From an uncultured Nitrososphaerota archaeon (GTDB taxonomy: Archaea > Asgardarchaeota > Njordarchaeia > Njordarchaeales > Njordarchaeaceae), in assembly GCA_964518475.1 (NCBI GenBank), contig CAZFGR010000021.1, forward strand, positions 1 through 27,976: a stretch of 27,976 nt of DNA, written 5' to 3'. Positions 19,841-27,976 of the stretch are shown here, piece by piece (within the stretch, counting starts at the first letter, position 1; the number at the start of each line of letters is the position of its first letter). The translations under genes were made by a program, and so were the position numbers. Under the pieces are notes generated by a model, which did no database searches, was not told the DNA's origin, and was given only the letters and a program-made list of their open reading frames with translations.

Positions 19841-22636
19841 ATGAGACTCGTTGAGAAGTATATACCTCTAGCAGAGATAAACTGTATGGCAAAAATCGAA
19901 ATGTCCGGTCGTATGATTTCTAAAGAATTCTTAGAGGAATTCACAAGAATATTCAGGATTACTCCGAGATACTCTATCCCTCCCAGAATAAATAATATTC
20001 ATTATTGGCCAGCGAGAAGACCAACAGTTCCTAGTAGGTTTTTAACTCTTTATACGTTTCTCTCAGCAGATTTCACAGACGAACAAAAAATAAAGAAAGC
20101 TCTTGGCGTTGAGATTCTTATGGAAAGAATAAAAATGCAAGAAAGAATTTCTCCAATAATTTACATGGTAAAGCCAGATATTAAAACGGTAAGAGAAATT
20201 GTTTCAAAACAAAATGCAGTGGTAGTTGATCCAATGGCGGGAGGAGGAGCTATTCCTCTAGAGAGTTTAAGATTGGGATTCCGTACTATAATCGGAGATT
20301 TGAACCCCCTCGCATACTTGTTATTAAAAGCTACCATAGAATACCCCGCAAGATACGGTTCAGAGTTATTTAAGAGAACTTTAGATGAAGCTAAAAGGTT
20401 AATTAATTGGGCTAAATCAGAATTTTCCTCAATATTTCCTCAAAATGGTGGGCGATGCACAATTTTCCTAAGATTATATAGGCATCAATGTAATTCATTG
20501 ATCCCCATTTTTCATTCGCAAAAACTCTCTAAAACAAGGAAATTCTACTTTGTACTAGACGATGATAACAGGATTGTTAGAGTGAATCTAGAATCTGGTA
20601 TCGAACTTCAAAAGGGCATCTGTCCATTCTGCAAAATGCCGTATAATGAACACTCGGCGATGAGTAAGTGGGTTGAAAAACATAAAACCCTAATCGATAA
20701 GATTTTAAGCCCCCCGATCGACGAAGATGCATTGTATGAAATGTTAACCGAGACTTACTTACCAATAGCTATTCAAGTAAGTAAAAGTAAATATTTAGAT
20801 GCATCAGAGGAGCCCCAATACTATTACAAAGCTGTTAAAGCTTTAGCAAATTATGTTTCTGAACTATCAAGTGCTGGTTTATTATTAGACGAATTAATAC
20901 CAATGAATAAAATTCCGAGGCAAAATGAGTTCTTTAATAAAGTGATAGAGCAAGGAATAACTTCATGGCACTATCTATTAAGTCCAAGACAACTGTATGT
21001 TTTTCTCAAACTCATCCACTACGTAAGACAAAGAATAGAAACACTAATGTATTCCGATAAGGAATTTGGTGTTGCTGTTGGTCTATACTTAGCACTTGGC
21101 ATATCCAAATATCTTGCGTATAATACTATGCTTTCATCATGGAATGCAAGTGAAGGCGTCGCTCGTGATTTACCCGCATTTAAGAGAGCTTCTTTAAAAC
21201 CTGATTTTGTTGAAATTTATCCTCATATTTTCTCGTTACCATGGGTTTTCGAGATCGATGTCGCCGAATCTGGTAAGTCTTACTTAACTCGCGGAGGTAT
21301 TCTACCCGTTCTTAAGCATCTATGTGAGAATCTCCAAGGCCTTAATGATCGTGTTAAGATTTATTTATGGGATGCTAGAAAACTGTCCTATGCTCTCCCA
21401 AAACACTCTATTGATTTAATTCATGTTGATCCCCCATACCTTGAACAGCAGGATTACTCGGGAATATCCGAGTTTTTCTGGGTATTTCTCAGAAGAATGC
21501 TATTACCAGCTATTATGCAAGGGTATCTATTTCGTAATGATGAAGTTAAGGTTTCTGGGTGGTCTCCGCTTTCCGACGAAGCTCCTCGAGATAAGGAGAT
21601 TCCTGAAGCCTCCGTCATTGTCAGGTCTAACGGGAAGAGGACTGCAGAACTATTTTGGAAGGGGATGAATGAATTCTTTAAATCTGCTTATGATGTTCTT
21701 AAAGATGATGGATATTTCCTCATATGGTTCACTCATAGCTCTAATGATGCTTGGGAGAATCTGTTCAGATATCTCTATTTGAATGGCTTCATTGCTGCTA
21801 AGACTTGGCAAATATGGAGTGAATCACCCCAAAGGATGGTTTCTAATTTCGTATCATCGTTCTTTACTAGTATGGTAATCGTTGCTAAGAAGGGAAAGAG
21901 GGAAACAATATTAACTCCTGATGCTGAGGCATTTATTAGAGCTGTTGATAATGCTGTTAGGGATTCGTTAGAAACCACATGGAGTATTTATGATGGATTG
22001 ACTAGAGAAGCTGTAGTTATGGCTTTGGCCGATGGTCAAGCTGTCGCTACCAAATTTGAGCTAGCAGGGCAAATTCCCGAGTTTTCATTCTCAATGCTCT
22101 TTGATAATGCTACTAGATATGCCATAGAATCTTTGCTTAGGCATGTTGCATCGAAGTATGGCATTGAGAGATTATATGAAGAATACGTAAGCACAGCCGA
22201 TGTTGATTCAATACTTTACCTTTTAGCTTTATTGACTATGCCTGAAGGAATGCCTTTTGTGCCTCATGATTTCTTCGAGAAAGTTAAGAAGATAATCAGA
22301 GCCAAAGGATTCTTGCTAAAGAAGAAAAGCATCAAAATTTATGAAGTACCTATAGGTCGAGCACTAATTGAGTATGCGGGAGTTAGAAAACATCGTCACA
22401 CAGCGATTAGAGCTACTGAACTTATATTAATGGCTGTAAAGGATGTCCCAAGACTTGGTAGTAAGAGATTCGCTGACGTGATAGTTAACGAGGGATCGTT
22501 CTCGAAGACCGATGTAGCATATGCCCTCTTCATGCTAAAGATCTTGAAACAAAGTTTTCTGAATATTCTTGGGGTAACACCCTTAATAAAGGATTCTATT
22601 ATAGATTCTTTAGAAGAGATTATCAGGAGGATGTGA
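19841..22636 (+). CDS. DUF1156/COG1743 adenine-specific DNA methylase with a partial Zn ribbon
   Basis: IHYWPARRP, VVDPMAGGGAIPLESLRLG, DLNPLAY, HQC...CPFC, HVDPPY...YSGISEFFWVFL, WFTH. Confidence 0.92.
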   Translation: MRLVEKYIPLAEINCMAKIEMSGRMISKEFLEEFTRIFRITPRYSIPPRINNIHYWPARRPTVPSRFLTLYTFLSADFTDEQKIKKALGVEILMERIKMQERISPIIYMVKPDIKTVREIVSKQNAVVVDPMAGGGAIPLESLRLGFRTIIGDLNPLAYLLLKATIEYPARYGSELFKRTLDEAKRLINWAKSEFSSIFPQNGGRCTIFLRLYRHQCNSLIPIFHSQKLSKTRKFYFVLDDDNRIVRVNLESGIELQKGICPFCKMPYNEHSAMSKWVEKHKTLIDKILSPPIDEDALYEMLTETYLPIAIQVSKSKYLDASEEPQYYYKAVKALANYVSELSSAGLLLDELIPMNKIPRQNEFFNKVIEQGITSWHYLLSPRQLYVFLKLIHYVRQRIETLMYSDKEFGVAVGLYLALGISKYLAYNTMLSSWNASEGVARDLPAFKRASLKPDFVEIYPHIFSLPWVFEIDVAESGKSYLTRGGILPVLKHLCENLQGLNDRVKIYLWDARKLSYALPKHSIDLIHVDPPYLEQQDYSGISEFFWVFLRRMLLPAIMQGYLFRNDEVKVSGWSPLSDEAPRDKEIPEASVIVRSNGKRTAELFWKGMNEFFKSAYDVLKDDGYFLIWFTHSSNDAWENLFRYLYLNGFIAAKTWQIWSESPQRMVSNFVSSFFTSMVIVAKKGKRETILTPDAEAFIRAVDNAVRDSLETTWSIYDGLTREAVVMALADGQAVATKFELAGQIPEFSFSMLFDNATRYAIESLLRHVASKYGIERLYEEYVSTADVDSILYLLALLTMPEGMPFVPHDFFEKVKKIIRAKGFLLKKKSIKIYEVPIGRALIEYAGVRKHRHTAIRATELILMAVKDVPRLGSKRFADVIVNEGSFSKTDVAYALFMLKILKQSFLNILGVTPLIKDSIIDSLEEIIRRM

Positions 22637-22637
22637 G

Positions 22638-25600
22638 TTGCCCGGACTTATCAAGCAATACTTCGAGAACCAAGGAATCCTTGAGGATACTTTAGCTCAT
22701 CTTAGAGAAATTGGAAGTGCTACTCAACTTGCTCCATCTCTTGGAGCCTTCGTTGAACATTTTAGGGATCCTCAAAAAACATCGAGTTTAGAGGGATTCG
22801 CAAAACCAGATTATTTTCTCCCGATAACAGAGCTAACTGACCAATTCAAATCACTACTAAAAGATGTAGTGAGCGCTTTTAAGGAAAGAAATCAACTCTT
22901 TATCCCACTAAATGTCGAGATGGGGAGTGGTAAGACACATTTTCTTGTTTTATTATTCCACTTATTTTATATAATACCTAGGAACAAGTTCGTTACGAGC
23001 CATCCTATCGTGAAAAAACGCTTAGAGGAGATCCAGAGGATTTCTGACTACACGATTGATCTCGCTGAGAATGTGCTCATAATCCCCGCTGACTTAATTG
23101 GACATGGGTACAAAACATTGATTAAATTCGTAGCGACGGCGCTATCCTACATACACTCAAGCATCCAGAAGGAGTTTGAAGCAAAATCGAATGAATTATT
23201 ACCAGAAGCTCTTGGTAGATGGTTGGCTGAAAAACTTTACCAAAGAATACACGTGCTAATACTGATTGATGAGTTATATGCTGCTCTAAGGAGGAGCGAT
23301 ATTAAATCAGAAATTATAAAGATTCTAAAATTTTTGTATGGTTTTATAGAGCGTAGGATATCAATTATAGGAATCTCGAGGGATAGTGGGCTTGTATGCA
23401 TTGTGGCGTCTGCAAGACAAGATTTAAGGGCGTGGCAGGAGGAGAAATCAAAATTTCCAGATAAAGATCTTGTGAGAGAAATAGAGTCTTTCGAAAAACG
23501 ATTTGAGAGAAGAGTGTACTCGATCCGAGGAGAGTGGTTCAGACCTGAGGACATAATCAGGATTGTGAAGAGGAGGATAATAAGATACCTAGACAATCTT
23601 GACAGCTTATACAAATTATTTCTACAAAAATATGAGAAGCTGATTAAAGATGTTTTAGGGGTATACGCAGAAGGCTATTTGAGAGATTTAGCGTTGACTT
23701 ATCCATTTGCGCCTTCTATTTTAGGACTCATAAATAAGATTTTGGCGCCAGAAGAAGATAGCGATGTACCGGATGCTCATCACTTAAGAGGCCTTCTTAA
23801 ATCACTGGCTAAAATGACGATTAATGCCATCTACAACAATGAAGACGTTATAAGTCCGGCACTGGGAGAATTCGGTATTCTGGGAGACCTAATCCCGAAG
23901 AGAAGAGCTATTTGGGAGAAAGCATTAAAGAATGCAATGAATTTTATTGATGCTGTATTAGAAGACGAAAAACAGAAGGAATTTGCGAGAAAACTATTAT
24001 GGGCGATATTCTTAAAATCCATTACTCAGAGAGATGACAAGCTATTAAAACTTGCGAGGATAAAGACTTTAAAGGAAGCTGAGTTGCAGTTAATAAGAGA
24101 TCTTTTGGCAGATCAATACTACCTAAAATCATCGTTGATAGGATTGAAAAATGTCGAACTGAGAAGAATCGATCACATGCTGGAAATTCTTGAAAACTAT
24201 GCTGGAAATGTTTACCATATATCCTTAGGAGACATTAGTGGTTATGTGATGATTACGTATGAGAATCCCAAATCAATTTTCAGGAGAATGGTGAATAACA
24301 GAAGAGAAAAATATGAGAAAATGGTCATTCCAGAACTTCTAAATGCCGCTGAAGGAATAATTGAAAGTAGAGTTTTCAGAACGAGCAGAATTGATAGTAA
24401 AGAAAACATCACAATTGAATTGATTGATCCTGATAAAGACAGTATCATAAAATCGCTTAAGAGAGCTGATAACTCAAGATTAAGAATTTACATCGTTAGG
24501 AGTTGGAAGCTATATAAACAGATGAAAGAGAATATTACTAACGAGGAAGTAATCTCTCTATTGAATGATCTAGTCTCTCGCATAGAAAGAGCATATGAGG
24601 AGGCAAAAGCAAATCAATACATATTCCTGACCGCTGTGATTATCCCTAGTATTGATACAGATCTTGTTAGAGATTTCCTTAAATCCTATTGTATCTTTGA
24701 TGTAGCTGGAGAATTCATAAGACTATACTACGAGGAGCCAAGATCGCTTTTCAGAAACGTTGATGAAGACTGGCTAAGATTTTACGAACAATTGAGATTG
24801 ACAATAATTAATGATATATTGAGAGAGCTTGGAAACTATGTTGCTGAGTATTCTAAAAGCGCCTTAAAACTACTTCTAGGTGGTGCTATAGTTTATTACA
24901 GCATATTTGATAACGCTACTATTAAAGATAGATTTCACGAACAAGTGTATCTTCGAGAGGCCAAAGAGGGGGCTAGAGTGGGTAAAATAAGTGTAAGGGA
25001 TGTTTCTATGGCTTTACAACATTTAAATAGTCTGGAGGACGCGGCTATTAAGCCTATAATTCCAACTATAATTAAGGGAGTGACTTCGAAGTTAAAGTTT
25101 ACGAGTGATAAATCCATTATAAGAGAAACCCTAAAAAGCGTATTGCTTGAGTACTTTAAAGTGAGAAAAACGGATGTTCTTAGGATCCCAGCATCTATGC
25201 CAGTAATTTATGAGAAAAAAATAATTAGCACAAAAGAGATATTTGACGACGCATTAAAAGCCTTAAGCCACGAGAAAAGAATAAAAATTTCTGAGGAACT
25301 AGAAATTCATTTAGAATATGTTAACGGGGAGCTTGTAGTTAAACCGATAATAACTCCAACTCCAAAAACAAGATCTCCTACTGAAGAGGTAGGAGAAATT
25401 AAAGTAAAAACGGAGCTACAAAGAGGTATAGAACCTCCTTTAAAACCCCCTCTCGAAATAATTAGAATTACAGATAAGTCCGAGATACTGAACATGCTAA
25501 GAAATCCTGAGTCAGCGATCTTCTCAGAGCCCTTTGAGTTGAGATTAAAAGTTAAGGGTATGTTATCTATCAGCATAAAAGGTAGATTAAGCCCTGAGGA

Positions 25601-25676
25601 AAAAGCATTGATAATGGCGCTAATGAGTCTAATTAATCAAAGCGATGAAGTAGAGTTTAGAGCTGGTGCGGCATGA
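22638..25676 (+). CDS. DUF499-family AAA+ ATPase (BrxC/PglY-related)
   Basis: MGSGKTH, LILIDEL, RFERR, IVKRRI, YPFAP, LRGLLK; Pro-rich linker before a small C-terminal domain; starts 1 nt after the methylase stop. Confidence 0.85.
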   Translation: MPGLIKQYFENQGILEDTLAHLREIGSATQLAPSLGAFVEHFRDPQKTSSLEGFAKPDYFLPITELTDQFKSLLKDVVSAFKERNQLFIPLNVEMGSGKTHFLVLLFHLFYIIPRNKFVTSHPIVKKRLEEIQRISDYTIDLAENVLIIPADLIGHGYKTLIKFVATALSYIHSSIQKEFEAKSNELLPEALGRWLAEKLYQRIHVLILIDELYAALRRSDIKSEIIKILKFLYGFIERRISIIGISRDSGLVCIVASARQDLRAWQEEKSKFPDKDLVREIESFEKRFERRVYSIRGEWFRPEDIIRIVKRRIIRYLDNLDSLYKLFLQKYEKLIKDVLGVYAEGYLRDLALTYPFAPSILGLINKILAPEEDSDVPDAHHLRGLLKSLAKMTINAIYNNEDVISPALGEFGILGDLIPKRRAIWEKALKNAMNFIDAVLEDEKQKEFARKLLWAIFLKSITQRDDKLLKLARIKTLKEAELQLIRDLLADQYYLKSSLIGLKNVELRRIDHMLEILENYAGNVYHISLGDISGYVMITYENPKSIFRRMVNNRREKYEKMVIPELLNAAEGIIESRVFRTSRIDSKENITIELIDPDKDSIIKSLKRADNSRLRIYIVRSWKLYKQMKENITNEEVISLLNDLVSRIERAYEEAKANQYIFLTAVIIPSIDTDLVRDFLKSYCIFDVAGEFIRLYYEEPRSLFRNVDEDWLRFYEQLRLTIINDILRELGNYVAEYSKSALKLLLGGAIVYYSIFDNATIKDRFHEQVYLREAKEGARVGKISVRDVSMALQHLNSLEDAAIKPIIPTIIKGVTSKLKFTSDKSIIRETLKSVLLEYFKVRKTDVLRIPASMPVIYEKKIISTKEIFDDALKALSHEKRIKISEELEIHLEYVNGELVVKPIITPTPKTRSPTEEVGEIKVKTELQRGIEPPLKPPLEIIRITDKSEILNMLRNPESAIFSEPFELRLKVKGMLSISIKGRLSPEEKALIMALMSLINQSDEVEFRAGAA

Positions 25677-26386
25677 TTAATCAACTATTCTCACTATTTA
25701 ATGAAATACTATCCTATACGGGTAGGATTAACTACTATGATTTTCTAAAGGCCTTATTAATGGCGTACAAATATATAGAGCCAACATATCCCTTAATGAA
25801 TTTGGTTAACAAATTGTCTGGACTTATGAATCTTCTAGAGAGAGCTTCTGCTGAATTAAATAGTGAGATTATAGAGTATTATAAGGATACCTTATCAGTA
25901 ATTGATTCACGAGAGGTTTATCCGTTGCTCGTGGATAATCTTGGGTTAGCTGAGATAGTGGAGATATCAAAGCGATTTAGTTTAGTTTTGTCATTCTTTA
26001 TAATTAATGAGGAAGCCACCACACACTACTGGAAGACCCTCTTCAAAGTATCAACACTCAGAGAGTTTGCGAGGATATTCGGGGCTCAACTATTAAACTT
26101 TCCCGATAAAACGATAGATAATATCTCAGTTAATATTGATAATAGCGAGGGATTCTCTACACCTGATGAATTGTCTAGCTTTCTCTATAATAGAGTGGCT
26201 ATGAGACTAATTAATATTCTCTCCGGGGTTAGTTCTAAGCAAATGTTGTTGATAAGTGATCACGGATATGATATAATTTACTATAAATCTAAGTATATCC
26301 CATGTCATGGAAATCTCTGCAAAAAATTTGGAGGAAAGTTGGTTTTATCTAAGATAGCTCCTATAATTATCATAAGGAGGAATTAA
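25673..26386 (+). CDS. Minimal PglZ-like alkaline-phosphatase-superfamily protein
   Basis: LLVDNLG, ATT (candidate Thr nucleophile), FPDKTID, LLISDHGY, CHG; ATGA overlap with the ATPase. Confidence 0.8.
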   Translation: MINQLFSLFNEILSYTGRINYYDFLKALLMAYKYIEPTYPLMNLVNKLSGLMNLLERASAELNSEIIEYYKDTLSVIDSREVYPLLVDNLGLAEIVEISKRFSLVLSFFIINEEATTHYWKTLFKVSTLREFARIFGAQLLNFPDKTIDNISVNIDNSEGFSTPDELSSFLYNRVAMRLINILSGVSSKQMLLISDHGYDIIYYKSKYIPCHGNLCKKFGGKLVLSKIAPIIIIRRN

Positions 26387-26388
26387 GT

Positions 26389-26907
26389 ATGAGGTTGAGT
26401 AATGCTATTAGATCCTTGGCTAACAACCTGAAAAATATTAAGGATAGATATTATTTGGTATATCATGATGCGAAGAAACCAAGGCTTCTAATATTTATGC
26501 TTTCATTAGAGACTAACCCAGTAATAAGTGTTGAGGGCACTAAAGGACTAAGAATGTATATGATTATTAGGAAATCTCTTAAGGAAGTCATAGGAGAAAT
26601 TGAAGAGATACCATTAGATAACACAAAATGTCTGATATTAACACCAGATATTGGCGAAATAGTATTGGCATGGGTAATCTCTCAATACACTTTGAGATAT
26701 CTCGATGAAGAAACGTTAAGGGGAATTCTTAAGCTAGGGATACCAAAAACATTAGTAGAGCTCAGAAAAGAACTATATAAGAGGAGCTTGAAAAGTAATC
26801 TAAGGAATGGATTAAATCCTGTAATTCGCAGAAGCGTAATAAGGAAAATTTCAAGAGAATATAGAAGATTAATAGACATCTTAATATTTCAATCGCTCTA
26901 CATTTAA
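26389..26907 (+). CDS. Hypothetical protein, possibly DUF3780-like accessory subunit
   Basis: 2 nt after the PglZ-like gene, GGAGG RBS. Size and position match the small gene of DUF499/DUF1156 operons; VISVEG...LILTPDIGEIVLAW pattern. Confidence 0.55.
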   Translation: MRLSNAIRSLANNLKNIKDRYYLVYHDAKKPRLLIFMLSLETNPVISVEGTKGLRMYMIIRKSLKEVIGEIEEIPLDNTKCLILTPDIGEIVLAWVISQYTLRYLDEETLRGILKLGIPKTLVELRKELYKRSLKSNLRNGLNPVIRRSVIRKISREYRRLIDILIFQSLYI

Positions 26908-27186
26908 ATAAGTTCTCATGAGAAACATGTTTCTCAAGCTTTATGCTTTTTCTCAAACCTTTTAAGTTAAATCATATACCTAACAACCGTGAGTTCAAAA
27001 CTTTTCCTAATACATCATTAATCTTGTCAAATGAGATAGAGCGCTTATTAGTAATAGTCATGTAGGCTACTAGTAGTAATAATCCCACGGTTAGTTGCTC
27101 TTTAGAAGTCATATAAGTCCTCATTTTTCCTAACATACCGCTATTTCACCTTACTGGCTACAAATACTTCTTTCCCACATATTTGC

Positions 27187-27423
27187 CTATGCTTTTTCTT
27201 TGATTAACGTTTTTACTTTCTCGGCGATTTTATCTGCCATGGCTGTTGCTATGAGTTCTTTGGCGCGCCAGATCTCAATTTCTATGATCTCTCCTTTTCC
27301 ATTGATTATGGCGAAGATGTCTTCGGCTAGTTCGATTGTGTCGGTGGCTCTGTCCTCTTTGAGTTTTATGACTAGTATATCATGTTTATCGTCGTAGTAA
27401 ACGTTCACGCTATTCTTACCCAT
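27187..27423 (-). CDS. DUF2283-family putative antitoxin
   Basis: VYYDDKHDILVIKL...GEIIEIEIWRA. Confidence 0.85.
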   Translation of the reverse strand: MGKNSVNVYYDDKHDILVIKLKEDRATDTIELAEDIFAIINGKGEIIEIEIWRAKELIATAMADKIAEKVKTLIKEKA

Positions 27424-27674
27424 CTTCCTCGCCTTTCTCTATTAATAATGATATTATGCTTCGAGGTTAATAAAACCGTTATCACTTTAATGTCCTTGTC
27501 TACATTAAACGCGACTATTAGATATTTTGCCTCATGGAGCTTAACTGCTATAAAATTACCGGTTAATGTATCGTAAAATACCTTCTCTGGACGCCTCAAG
27601 GCTTCAATGACGATATCCCTAGATAATCCGAATGATTCTAATCTATGACGCGCATGCTTAGTAAAATAGACCAT
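27405..27674 (-). CDS. DUF4258-family (RelE/BECR-fold) putative toxin
   Basis: VYFTKHARHRL...IEALRRP...IKVITV; overlaps the DUF2283 gene. Confidence 0.85.
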   Translation of the reverse strand: MVYFTKHARHRLESFGLSRDIVIEALRRPEKVFYDTLTGNFIAVKLHEAKYLIVAFNVDKDIKVITVLLTSKHNIIINRERRGRWVRIA

Positions 27675-27976
27675 AAATATTGCATCCTACTGCTTAATAT
27701 TTAATGCAGCATACCGAGGCTTGGTTCTGAATGTGGGAAATGAATCAATTAGCCTAAATCGTTTATCAGAATATTGTAACATAAGCATTAATAAAATCTT
27801 AGTTGAGGGCGCATAAGGTGAGAAAAAGAAGTATGGGGCAGGATTATTCAGCACATGATAAATGAATTACAAACTCATAATGGATTGCATGAGGTTTTCA
27901 TCTGGGAGTCGAAAATCATAGGGTGTAAAATTTATTGAGGTCTATGAGTTTTTCTCCTGTGATTGCTTCATAGGCA

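Noticed and set aside
6722-22636. DISARM assignment (helicase + PLD + adenine MTase)
   Set aside because: No DrmA or SNF2 DrmD, no 4-Cys DUF1998, and the PLD gene is 10 kb away in a separate operon.
19841-26907. Canonical BREX type 1-6 and gene symbols pglX/brxC/pglZ
   Set aside because: The methylase is DUF1156-type and the ATPase DUF499-type; brxA, brxB and brxL are absent. Symbols withheld.
1606-27576. Many short ORFs antisense to or nested in long genes (e.g. 3226-3597, 7119-7439, 12720-13112, 23237-23614)
   Set aside because: Shadow ORFs rich in Ser/Phe/Leu/Ile, as expected from the reverse complement of Lys/Glu-rich genes; no RBS or motifs.
1-27976. CRISPR array, tRNA/rRNA, integrase or att sites
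   Set aside because: No regularly spaced direct repeats, GC-rich structured RNA or tyrosine-recombinase motifs seen by eye.

Overview
AT-rich archaeal window. Archaeal origin is supported by TATA/BRE-like promoters, GGTGA/GGAGG ribosome-binding sites and a PaREP1 gene. It reads as a defence/accessory island. Left part: PaREP1 HEPN gene; a four-gene operon (Panacea/DUF4065 antitoxin, unknown helical protein, PIN domain, PD-(D/E)XK nuclease); a probably truncated beta-helix surface protein; two decayed IS5-like transposase remnants; a Zn-ribbon/HTH + PLD-like operon; and an HNH-DUF1917 pseudogene. Right part (11.2-26.9 kb): two divergent arms. The + arm is a BREX-related module (DUF1156 adenine methylase, DUF499 ATPase, minimal PglZ-like phosphoesterase, DUF3780-like protein) lacking the usual SNF2 helicase. 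The - arm carries an Hrq1/MrfA-like SF2 helicase, a frameshifted GGCT-fold gene, and a tightly coupled operon of AAA+ ATPase, inactive REase-fold protein, PD-(D/E)XK nuclease, PUA/EVE-like + winged-helix protein and a second small adenine methylase. A DUF4258/DUF2283 toxin-antitoxin pair closes the island. Two unrelated genes appear split by a +1 frameshift at a near-identical 18-nt motif (A7-TAT-YTR-ATCGA). No CRISPR array, tRNA or rRNA was seen. All family calls come from motif recognition by eye, not database searches.
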